Positions 36,299 to 47,830 of a DNA stretch of 64,000 nucleotides are shown here, one piece after another. Each line of letters begins with the position of its first letter. The stretch's first letter is position 1. The position numbers and the translations under genes are program-made. The notes under the pieces are model-generated. The model saw nothing but the letters and a program-made list of their open reading frames with translations. It was not told the DNA's origin and did no database searches. This stretch comes from Camelus dromedarius (Eukaryota): NCBI RefSeq assembly GCF_036321535.1, contig NC_087437.1, forward strand, positions 39,434,001-39,498,000, read 5' to 3'.

Positions 36299-38262
36299 TA
36301 AGTGGAAATTTTTGTTCTGTATTCTGCTCCCTACTCGTAAGAATGCAATGCAAGCACATAAAATTATAATGGAAGAGTAGACAGAAGACCGTCTGACATG
36401 TTCTAAATATTAGTTCTCACGTTGGTGTTATCTACCATCTCTCCTTCTCATGTCAATAGTCTTATGTGAGAAGGAAGACAGATCCCAAGCTGGGTAAAGA
36501 CAATACTTTCTGTCACTGTGAAACTTGTCAAAATAACTGTCTGTTGTTATTTTAATCAAACCTGTTCACTTTTAATTTCATCCATTCAAATAAGTCCTTC
36601 TTTCTCCTTCCTGGATTGGATTCCAGGTCCACAAGCAATTGTTTACAGGTCTGCTTCATCAAGCACACCCCTGCCTCTGTTCTGGAGGAAGAAGATCATC
36701 TCATCCTCTCACAGCCGATGCAAAGAGCACAGCATCAAAGAAGGCAGACGTCCTCCAGAAAGTGCTTTGCCATTCCCTTCATTACTTTAATATAAAGTGA
36801 TTTTTTAAATTTGATTAATTTGGGCATACCACAACCACCTGCTTGACACTTTGTTTCCAGTTATAGAATAAAGTTGTTATCACAGGTCTTTGTTTAGACA
36901 TATTTTTGTTTCTCTAGGTAAATTACTAGGTATGGATGTTCTGAGTCATATGTTAAGTGTATATTTAACTTTATAAGAAACTGCACAAATGTTTTCCAAA
37001 GAGTTGTACAATTTTACACTCCCATCAGCAACATATGAGGCCCAGGTTCTCCATATCCACACCCTCATTAATGCCACACTGTGGCTTAAATGTGCATTTA
37101 GATGAGAACAAATAAGCATGAGTGTTTTTTCATGAACTTTTCTTTGATAAAATGTCTGTTCAACTCCTTTACTTATTTTAATTTGATTTATTTTCTTATT
37201 ATTACAGAGTGAAATATAAGTCCTTCTCAGATATATGTATGGTGAAGATTTTCTGCCAGCACATGGCTTACTTATTCATTTTCTTAATGGTGACTTTAGA
37301 AGAGCAGAAATTTTTAATTTTGAAGATGTCAAATTGATCAACTTTTATTGTTTCTATTTTTTGTATCATAAGAATTCTTGACCTCCGAGATTACAAAGAT
37401 TTAATTCTGTGCTTTCCTCTAGATATTTTTATACTTGCTTTTATGTCTAAACCTACTGTCCATTTTGAGATAATTTCTGCATGTGTTTTAGTTAAAGAAT
37501 GAGGTTTTTTTTTTTTTCCCATATGCTATCCAGTTTTCTGGCATTGTATGTTGAAAAGACTAGCCTTTCTCCATTGAATTACTTGGCACCTTTATTCAAA
37601 ATCAATTAGCCATATATGCATGGATCTATTTCTAGAATCTCTCTTTCGTTCCATTGAACTTATTGTCTGTTTTTACTCTGGTGCTATGCTGTATTGGTTA
37701 CTACAGCATCGTAATAAGTAAGCCTTTGAGTCAGTTAGTTCAAGTTCTCTAACATTGCTGTTCTTTTACAGTATTCTTTTGCAAATGCTAGGTCCTCTGA
37801 CTTTCCATTTGAATTTTAGAATTAGTTTGTCAAATTCTATTTTTTTTAAACCTATTAGGATTTTAATTTAAATTGTGTTGAATCTATACATCAATTTAAA
37901 CAATATTGAGCCTTCCAACCTATGAACATGGTATAATTGCTCAATTTATTAAGGTCTTTATTTGCTTTCAAAAATATTTTATACTTTTTTAGAGTACAGA
38001 CTGTATTTTACCCATATTTTATTAAGTTTACCCCCAAATATTTTATATTTTTGATATTCTTGTAAACACTAACTTCAATTTCTATTTGTTTTTAGCATGT
38101 ATGTAGAAATATAATTAATTTTTATTAATCTTACATTCCTGTAACATTGATAACTTCTCTTACTAGCTCTATGAGAAATTTTGTGGCTTCCTTATGAATT
38201 TATTTATGAATATGTCAAAAAGAAGTTTTGTATTTTTCTTTTAATTTTTTGTGGTGTTACTC

Positions 38263-38532
38263 TCCCTTCCTTTCTTTCTTTCTTTCTTCCTTCCTTCCTT
38301 TTTTTTTCCTTTCTTTCTTTCTTTCTTCCTTCCTTCCTTCCTTTCTTCCTTTTTTTTTCTTTCTTTCTTCCTTCCTTCCTTCCTTCCTTCCTTCCTTTCT
38401 TTCTTTCTTTCTTTCTTCCTTTCTTCCTTTCTTTCTTTCTTTCTTTTCTTTTCTTTTCTTTTCTTTTCTTTTCTTTCCCTTTCTTTTTCTCTCCTTGCTC
38501 TCTGTCTCTCTTGTCTCTTTCTTTCTTTTTTC
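38263..38532. repeat. Compound polypyrimidine (TTTC)n/(TTCC)n/(TTTTC)n tract, ~270 bp
   Basis: Almost pure C/T on the + strand. Confidence 0.95.
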
Positions 38533-39409
38533 CTCACTTAACTGGCTGGAACTTTTAGTACAATGTTGAATAGTGATTGTTCTCAATCTTAGGTGAAAGA
38601 TTTCAATCTTTCTGCAAGAAGTGTGGTGATAGCTGTAGATTTTTCTTAGAAGCTCTTTATCAGGTTGAGAAAGTTCATATCTATTCCTAATTCAGGTGTT
38701 TTTAAGCATTAGTGACTTTGGCATTTTTGTCGAATGCTTTTTTTGCATCTACTTTGAAGATAACATTTTTCTCTTTATTCTGTTGATACATTGAATTGTA
38801 CTGTTTGCTTTTCAAACAGAAAACCAAAGTTGCATTACTGGAATAAACCCTAATGTAATAAAAGTGGTATTAGCCATTTTTAAATTACTAAATTAGATTC
38901 ACTAAAATTTTATTTAACACTTTTATGTTGATGTTTATGAGGGTTATTGGTCTGCAGTTTTCTTAAAAAGTCTTATTTTGGGCATAAATAAACTAGTAAT
39001 GCTATCTGGGTCTGGAATTTTTTGGGTGGGGAGACTTAATTACAAATTCAACTTCTTTCATTTAGAACTAGTGAGTTTTTTTTCTTTCTCTCAGTTTTGG
39101 TAATCTGTGTCCTAAAAGTCTTTGCCCATTTCATTGAAGTTGTCAAATTTATTACTCCAAAGTTGTTCATAATATTCCCTTATCCTTTTAGTATCTGTAA
39201 CAATCTCCTCTGCTTTAGTCCTTACGTTAGTAATTTGAGTATTCATTCCTTTTTCCTTGATCTTTCTAGTTAAAGATTCATCAATTCTTTAAAATATTTC
39301 TCAAGACTTAAAAAATCCAGATGTTGTCTTAATTACTATTTTATATTATTTGTTTTCTATTTTATTTATTTCTGCTATTATCTATGTTATTTCCTTATTT
39401 ACTTTGTGA

Positions 39410-39566
39410 TTTTTTTGGGGGGAGAGGTAATTAGGTTTACTTATTTACTTAATTTTAGAGGATGTACTGGGGATTGAACCCAGGACCTTGTGTATGCTAA
39501 GCATGTGCTCTACTCATTTAAGCTGTACTTAAGCTACTCTACTCACTTAAGCTATACCCTCCCCCC
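39410..39566 (-). mobile_element. tRNA-Ala-derived camelid SINE (Vic-1 type)
   Basis: Minus strand reads GGGGAGGGTATAGCTtAaGTG...TAGAGCACATGCTTAGCATACACAAGGTCCTGGGTTCAATCCCCAGTAC (tRNA A/B boxes), then taaacctaattacctctcccccc and an A-tail. Flanked by tatttactttg at 39396-39406 and 39570-39580. Confidence 0.85.
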
Positions 39567-39959
39567 TTCTATTTACTTTGAATTTAATTTGCTCCTCTTT
39601 ATTATATTTTCAAGATAGATGCTAAGATAATTTAATTTGAAGCTTTTTTTTTCTTTATAGTAACTTTTAAACTGTAGTTTTTCCTCTAATGGCAGCTTTA
39701 GTTGCATCCCACAAATTTTGATGTATCTTTTTTTCATTTTTACTTAGTTAAAATATTTTCTAATTTTAATTATGGTTTATTTTTGACTCACTGTATGTGT
39801 AGAAGTGGTTGTTTATTCTACAAAGATTTGGAGTTTGTCCATGTATTTTTCTGTTAGTTATTTCCAATTTAATTTCATTGTGGACACAGAACCATTAGTC
39901 TCAATAAATTTAAAAGGGCTGTAGCTAGATTGTGGCTAATTGGTAATAATATGTTTTGG

Positions 39960-40152
39960 TCTATTCAGTTCTTCAACTGAATATGGCCTATCTACATTGT
40001 GGATGGCAATCTGCTTTACTCAAAGTCCACAACAATTGACATTTTAAATCTCATCCAAAAAACACCTTCACAGAAACATCAAAAATAATGTTTGGCTACA
40101 TATCTGGGCACTATATTTCAGCCAAGATGACACATAAAATTAATCATCCCAG
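39960..40152 (-). mobile_element. ERVL-class LTR fragment (MLT2-like)
   Basis: atctgctttactcaaagtccac...aatctcatccaaaaaacaccttcacagaaacatc...gccaagatgacacataaaattaatcatc. Confidence 0.8.
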
Positions 40153-40749
40153 TCTCAATCACAAAGTATATGCTATAAGTATGAGTGCCAAACCACAAAT
40201 CCAAGTTATAATAAGTTACATAACTTCCCTTACCCAAGGCGGAATGGTAATTTACCCACAGAATTTTGAGCAGTTCTTCTACCCCTAGAGCTATGTTAAA
40301 GTTGCTAAGATGTTGGTTGGAAAGTGTGATCATAGAGAGAGTAATTCACAGGTTGTAGCTAAGAAGCCCATAGCCCCCTCCTACATGGCCTCTTCGGATT
40401 TTGTGAATCTCAGTAACGTTGCTACCTTTGTGTTTAGATTTAGAGCCTTGGTGTGTACTTGAATGAGGAGGAAAAAAAGGAGAATAATGAATAGATGGAG
40501 TATATAAATTAACATCTCAAAGTGTGTAACCAGCCTTAGAAACTTCAACTGAGTAGTCTATGAACTAATTTAGTATTCATTTATTTATGCATATATACAT
40601 TGATTTATTTATTCCTTCAACTTCCTAAGCATCTATTCTATTTGCCTTACCAGAATCGGTACTAAAAGTTGACCAAAAAAATTATTCTTATCTTAAAGCT
40701 CACTGGAATAAGGAGAAATATAAGAAACATAGAAAAAAAAAAACCCACC

Positions 40750-41580
40750 AGGGGCTCAAGTCTGAATCCTAGCAGTCAGCTTTGTCTACTCCTTCTCCTA
40801 TAATGTTCATGTTCAACCTTTCTTATTGATTTCACCCCCCTAAATATATCTTGATTTTTCAAACTTCTGTCTTTCTTGCTACCATCCTAGTAAAAACCAT
40901 CCTCAGCTCTTGCCTGGATTTCAGATGTAACTTCCAAATAGATCTTCCTGAACCCACTCTTTCCCCTTAAATGCATGCTCCGTGATGTACATGGAGATCT
41001 CTTAAAAGCACAACAGTTCGTGCAACCCCCTCCTTAAAAGTCTTCTATGATCTCCCATGGCTCTTAGGATAAAATTCAAAGTTCCTGTTATGGACCACAA
41101 TGCTCTGTGTGGTCCAGCTGCTCTCCATCTTCTTGTCCTTCACTTTCTCATTCACTCTGTACTACCTTTGGCTTTCTCCATTCCTTGTATAGCACATTCC
41201 TTCCCATTTCAGAGTTTGTGCATACTTGTACCTATGCTGGTTCCTCTCTTTGGATGTTTTCCATCTCCTTTCTTCACTCACCTAAAGTCTTCTCTCTTTC
41301 TCTGTTCTCCTACCTGCCCAACTCACTATCCTTTCAGATTGAAATTTTGCTTTATCTAGAGGCCTTCTCTTTCCATCCCACGTGACTTAACTACCTCCAA
41401 TATAGCAGTCAGATCACTTCATGTTAAATTATAATTATATAGCTACAATTATGTATTTATATACCTATATTATTATATGTGTCATGAGCAGACTGCAAGC
41501 TCCATGAAATTAGAAATTGTGTTTGTTTTTTTCATTTTTATGTTTTAAGGTCCCTAAATGAAACCTGACTATAGAATGAA
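40750..41580 (+). mobile_element. L2 LINE fragment
   Basis: tgctaccatcctagt...ccatcctcagctcttgcctgga..., ctcttaggataaaattcaaagttcct, gactgcaagctccatgaa. Confidence 0.75.
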
Positions 41581-42159
41581 CGCAAAACAAGTCAGAACAT
41601 GAAAACTGTCACCAGGGAGGTACAAAGGATTTTGAGCAACCAGGGAGCTAATCCATTTTGTTAGAAGTGATAGCATCACCTTAAACCCATCTTCCACTAC
41701 TCATGGAATGAGGGATTACAGGAGAGATCATATATTTTCCATTATCTTTGGTATCATGCCCCTAAATAGAGTAAGTGAAGTTTGTTTGCTGTTACCTGGC
41801 TTTTCTTACTTTTCCCCCTGCTTCTTTAGCATTCTTCTTTTCTCTCAGGTTACTCCCATTTCACATGCTCTGTAGGAAAATGGCCTCATGAAAGTACATT
41901 TCCTCTCCCTGAATATGTGCATTTTAAAAAAGAATCCTAGAGGAACTTCCACTCTAATGATGGAATTCTGACAACATTAGCAGGGCAGGTACACATTTTG
42001 ATATTCCTCCAGCCCATGCTTAATATGCCCACAAATAATGCAAATTCTCAAATGTTGATGGTAACCTATTTCTTCCCATTCTTGGCATCTTTTTGAATTA
42101 GTCATGGTAGACTGAGAACTCCAAATTTTAGTGATTATATATATAATAAAATTTATTGT

Positions 42160-42456
42160 CAGGATTACAGTGGCCTAATGTAGTGTTCTGGGTTGAGTGG
42201 CCCTTCTGGCTGGCTTTCTTCCACAGAAATACTCCTTTTCTTTTGTGGCTTTGCTCTTCTCTAGGTGTTTAGAGTCTTTCAGATTCAGCCTACAGAAGAG
42301 ATGAGACAATGCAGAGAGATTAAATAGGCCAAAACCAAAAATGGCTCACGTAAGTTCTATCCACATTACATCGCAAGGGAGGCTGGGATATGCAGTCTCG
42401 CTGTGCCCAGGAGCCAAAGACAAACAGTTTGGTGAAGAGATCCAAGTCTCTGCACA
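42160..42456 (-). mobile_element. Old MaLR LTR fragment (MLT1J/K/L-like)
   Basis: gcaagggaggctgggatatgcagtct.gctgtgcccagga...acagtttggtgaa...gtctctgcaca. Confidence 0.65.
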
Positions 42457-45007
42457 TCTTTCTCTCTAAGGTAAAAGATTAGTCCAAATAGTGATATATC
42501 ATCTAGAAGGTCCCATAAATTCAGGCCTATGTTCTTGTATTTCCCTTACCCCAGCCTCAAGAATCTCTCATCTTTACATGTCTTCCTGCACAGCTATTAA
42601 CATTTTCATTAAAAGTTGTTTTGTTGTTGTTATTATTGTTTTGATACGCCTAGCATTACAAGGAAATTATTTGGAACACTATTTGAAATATATTTCACTA
42701 TCTCCATTTATCTAGACTCTGACTATACTGGAGTTTTCAAATAGCATTTGAGGCAAAGTGAACAATGGACATTCTATTTGTAGAGCTTTTCCTGATCTTC
42801 CTTACGTGGATAACTAGTAGAAGTATTATATTTACATAGACACTAATTTCATCTATGATAAGGACTTAATTTAGTGAAAAAGTGAAAACTGCTACAAGAG
42901 GTTTTTGCTCTCCGTGATGCCATTACATCCCTTATTTTCAGTGAAAACTAGAACAAACAAGATGAAGGCATAGGCAGATTCAACCATGACAGAAATTAAA
43001 AGGTGAAAATATTTTATAGTCATTGTATTACCAATCCTACCATTTCTTCCCCATTAATTATATCAGTTTATATATGAATACAGCCAAAGCAAACCCAGTG
43101 TAGTAAAAACTTCTGACACATATGCAGAGCAGAATACTCAAGAAATAATTAGAAGTTGACAAATATCAACCTTTTTGGATTAGCCTATTCAATCTTCCCA
43201 GTAATTATTTGTACTGTTAGGTTCATCTAATTATTATTTGATCAGCCAATCATTTTCATTTTAAGGGTGAATTTGATAAATGCTGAGTGTCAAATATTCT
43301 AACAGATTTTAATTCCTGCAAAATAAAGCCATGGCTGAACTACATTTAGCATCTAATACTTTAAAGTTCTAATTCTTAATTGATATCCACAAAGAATTCT
43401 TTCCCTTGTCCTGCAAAATTGTTGATTTACCGCTTTCTTAAAAAATGAGTGAACTGAAACCAAAGGTAAGTTTGAGGTTACACTGGTTGAGTTCAATACA
43501 AATACTGAATGTACCAAAAAATATCAAATTTCAAAATATCTTTTGTTTCTTTCTTCAAATTATAAGCACAATGATTATTTCTCAAGTCTCTTGAAAAAAA
43601 CAGGTTTCTATGACATAGTTTCAATATTCCATCTTGATATATTTTTAGAGACCATTTTAGAGTAACTGGTTTTTACAGCAAACAAAAACAATTGGAATAA
43701 AGTAGTGTGGAATGTGATAAGACTTGCTTCTCCTGGTCTAAGAATTATTCCAGAATCCTAGTGATAAAGTATTCTAACTGTCATACTCCATTATATCCAT
43801 CTTCCAAATATCACAGTAAATTATATCCATCCATAATTCCCAATTAACTGTTAACAGTTTTAGAGCAAGGAGAGAATCTTAATTTTTGCATTTCTAGAAC
43901 CTTGGACAATGCCTAACACATAGTAGACACTTGATAAATATGTAGTGAATAAATAGATTAATTGATTTCTATTATTTTTATAAAAATAAAACAAAGTGGC
44001 ATGACTCATAACCTGATAAATTGCATCAAATATCTCACATTCCTTTTTTTCTGGGCTACCTCTACCTCTACCTAACTGCCCAGTTCCCAAATTCCACTGC
44101 AAAATGTCACAACATGACTCCAGGTATAACACACATGTGGTACATAGTAAATATTTAATATTCATTTACTGAATGATTGAATGAGCAAATGATAATGCTC
44201 AAGTAAAAAGCATAATCAATTATAACAATCTGTGAATAGAGTTTAGGTATGAAACTACACCTTTTGGAAAAGGTAGGATGATTTTCATATAAGTAGAATT
44301 CTATGTAGTTGATGAAAATGTTAAAAAGACATTGGTAAAAGTATATTTAACCAATTTTGTGACACATTGAGTTCTACTTTTGAAAATCACATAGCCTATT
44401 ATTTCAGGTCTCAAATTTTTTTGACATCGTTAAGAAAATGTAACACATTTATACAACATAATTTAGTATTTCACTATATAACATATGGTTTACTTACTGT
44501 CGATTTATGATAGTCACTCTAAAGTCATGGAAAATTATTATTCATAATAATACCACCATCAATTATTGAGTGTTTACTGTATTCCATACATTTCATACAC
44601 AATATCATTAAAACAGACTCTAATTGCCTCTCAGTTTCTTTCTTCTGAGAATTTGTCTCAATTATTTGTATTTTTTTTAAGTTCTGTGTTTCTAAGATTG
44701 TAAATTTTATGAGGGCAGGAAATAAGTACCTTCTGTTTATCACTACACATTCAGCATTTAATACGGAACAGTCACATATTAGTTCAAACACATATTTATC
44801 AGTCAATAAATGAACAAATAAATTAATTAATGCTTCATGCTAGATATTATCGCACCCACTTTACTAAAAGAAATACCTTAGGCTTAGAGACTATAAAGAA
44901 CTTGCTCAAGGTCAAATAAGCTTGGAGCCAGAACTTGAATCCATATTTTTAAAAATCCAAATCCATGCTATTATATGCTATGGTCTGGCTCACAATATAT
45001 TTACTTC

Positions 45008-45369
45008 TTGGTTTAATCTGTTCAGGCTGCTCAATAAACTATATAGACTGGGTGGTTTAAACAATAAACATTTCTTTTTGCAGAGTGGAGAATGGGAAAT
45101 CCAAGATCAGTGTCCTGGCAGTTTTGGTGCCTGGTAGGAGCTCACTTCCTAGTTCATCAATGGCTATCCTTTGGCTGTGTCTTCAGCTGACAGAAGAGGG
45201 CAAGAGAGCTCTCTGGGGTCATTTTTAAAGGGTCCTAACCCTATTCATGAGGGCCCCACCTTCACGACCTAGTTACTTCCCAAAGGCCTCACCTCCTTTC
45301 ACCATCACATTGGAGCTTAGAATTTCAACATATGAATTTTGGAGGGATACAAACATTCTTTCCATAATA
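45008..45369 (-). mobile_element. MaLR solo LTR (MLT1A/MLT1A0-like)
   Basis: aatctgttcaggctgct...actatatagactgggtggtttaaacaa...aatccaagatca...attcatgagggccccacc...tttcaacatatgaattttggagg...ccataata. Confidence 0.85.
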
Positions 45370-45559
45370 CTCCCTATTTATTCTCCAAAGTAAATGATAA
45401 AATGTGTGTTATTGGATTATATTAGAGATTTAGACAGATATTTCTGAAGAAACAATATGGACTACTAGACACATTCTTTAAGACATTCCTGATTGAAAAG
45501 TAGGGATTAATACATTGTTCAGCTTCAGATTTCATTGAGTTAAATATGATAAAATAAGG

Positions 45560-47830
45560 TTTGCAAACTCCAAAGCAGTGCAGGAAAAAAAACACAATAA
45601 AGGAAAATCAAAACAATAACAGAAATCTAAACCTCAATCAAGTTTTTAAAAAACTTTGAGAAAGAAGAAAAAAGCATATAAAATCTAAATGTAAAAAAAA
45701 ATCAACCAGTAGATGTCAGTAATCACAATATTGATTTGTCAGGTAAAAGTCAGATTTTTTTCAGACTGAATTAAGGAAATAAAGCCATATGTAGATTATG
45801 AGACAGTCTTAGTGCACAAAGATAGGAAAAGCTGATAGTAAAAGATTTGAAATGATATATCAGGCAAATACTAGTTAAAAGAATGCTGGCAGGTAATGTA
45901 ATATCAGTAAAAAATAGACTTTCAGACAAAAGTTATATTTGGTTACCTGCTACAACATGGATGAACTTTGAAAACATTACACTAAGTTAAATAAGCCAGA
46001 CAAAAGAGACTATATTGTATGATTCTACTTTTGTGAGGAATAGGTAAAATCATAAACTAGACACATTTATAGAAACAGCGAGTAGGAGAACAGAGGTTAT
46101 CAGGGGCTGGGCGTGAGGGAATGGGGAGTGATTATTTGATGGGCACATAGTTTTTTTTTATAGCTCTACTAGGTATAAAGACAATCATTACCTAGTACTA
46201 AAACTTCAGTTCCTACAGAAGATATCATTTGTTTGAATTTGAAGTAACTTTAAAATACATAAAGAAAAAAATGAATAGGCATACAGGTAAAATTGAGATG
46301 TTTATTTCCATAATGGGAATTTCAATACACTTTTAATTATTGATAGGTCAAAGCAGAAAAAATTAATATAGTCATAGAAAAGTTTTAGTAAGCATGATGT
46401 AGTAGAAATATATATTACACTACACCCCAGATTACAGCATATACATTCTTCTCAAGCACATTTACAATATTTACAAAATTGATTGCATTTATATTAGGCT
46501 ATAAGGCAAGCCTCAACCATCCTAGCTGGTACTCATTAAGAAAATAAAAAGAAATTAAAGACATCAAAAAGTAATAAGTTAGAACCAAAAGAATATAATA
46601 TGAGTGTTAAGTATAATGTGAGTTTATAGAGCAAGTTAGCAGAATATTAAATTAAAGTGCAATAATCACTTGCATCATTAGAGAACGGTAACAGAGATCA
46701 GAAAATACATCATTTTTCTAAATGTCATTTTAAGTAGCAATAAGAAATATAACCTATTAGAGGGAAATCAAACAAAAGATTTGCAAGACTTAATAATATT
46801 TTGAAACTTTACCCAAATAATTTAACCAAAAAAACTTTACCCAAATTATTTAACCAAGACCTAAATTAATGAAGAGATGTTTTATATATAGATACAGTCA
46901 TTGTTATAGAGATAGCAAGTGTCCCCAAATTGTTCTATAGTATTATTTAGTGTTATTCTAATTAAAACTTTATGAAGGATTTTAAAATCAGATTCTAATA
47001 TTTACATGGAAGAGAAAAAAGCCAAGATTAGCTAAGATATTCATGAGGGAGAGGAATAAGAGGGATCGTTTATCCACCCAGATATTAAGAATTAAGATAA
47101 AGCCACAGTAAATAAGAAAATGTGGTATTGGCGCATGGATAGACAGACTGACCCATAGGAGAGAATACAGGTTCAGGTGAAGAAGAAATCTTGGAAAATA
47201 CAGGGGTGACATGTCAGATCTCTGGGAAAATGAAAAGCTATTCAATAAATGTAGCTTAAAAATGTAAATACATATTAACAAACTGAATTGGCCCCTTCCT
47301 GTCACCGTATTAAAAATAGTTGCTAATGGTTTAAAGATGTCTCTCTGAAACAAAACTAAAAATTTTTGAAGAAAATATAAGAGAGCTCTCTCTAAAATTA
47401 GGGTAAAGAAGATTTTCTTAAATAATGCATAAAAAGGATTAACCACGAAAGACTGCTGACTCTAATTACATTAACAACTTCTGTGTCTTAAAAGTATATG
47501 AAAATAAAGTCCCAAGCTCTGGGAAGATATTTGCAATATATATAACCATCAAAAGATTATTACCTCAAATACTTTTCTAAACTTGTAGGTCAATAATATA
47601 ATTACTCTAAAAAGAACTGGGCAAAAGATATGAACAGGAGTTTCACAAAAGAGGAAACATTTTGTCAAGCAAAATCATGAAAATTTCAACTCATTTGTAA
47701 CAAGGGAAATGAAAATTAAGATGCAGTGAGATAGCTACCATTTTACCCACTCGATTGGCAGAAACTGAGAATCTGACGACAATAATTGGAGAAGATATGG
47801 CAACCCTTAGTCATCGCTGGTGCAATATTG
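45560..47830 (+). mobile_element. Ancient, internally deleted L1 (L1M) with a nested L1MB-like 3' UTR fragment (~45945-46158)
   Basis: Degenerate EN-region text (atagactttcagacaaaa, atacattcttctcaagcaca) and later ORF2 text (gggcaaaagatatgaacagg). The nested piece reads tgctacaacatggatgaactttgaaaacatta...gaggttatcaggggctggg. Confidence 0.75.

Larger units (their letters stand above)
36800..39895 (-). mobile_element. Ancient L1 (L1M) ORF2 region, degenerate, interrupted by a (TTTC/TTCC)n tract and a SINE
   Basis: T-rich antisense L1 text parallel to the young element (ttttacactcccatcagcaa, ttgaaaagact...tttctccattgaattacttggcacctt, gttgttcataatattccct). Confidence 0.85.

Noticed and set aside
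38181..38586. Five overlapping 96-125 aa ORFs (F/L/S-rich or K/E/R-rich)
   Set aside because: Translations of the (TTTC/TTCC)n tract, which lacks stop codons.
39460..39566. tRNA-Ala-like sequence
   Set aside because: It is the head of a SINE with tail and TSD; the cloverleaf is disrupted by a duplication, so it is not a tRNA gene.
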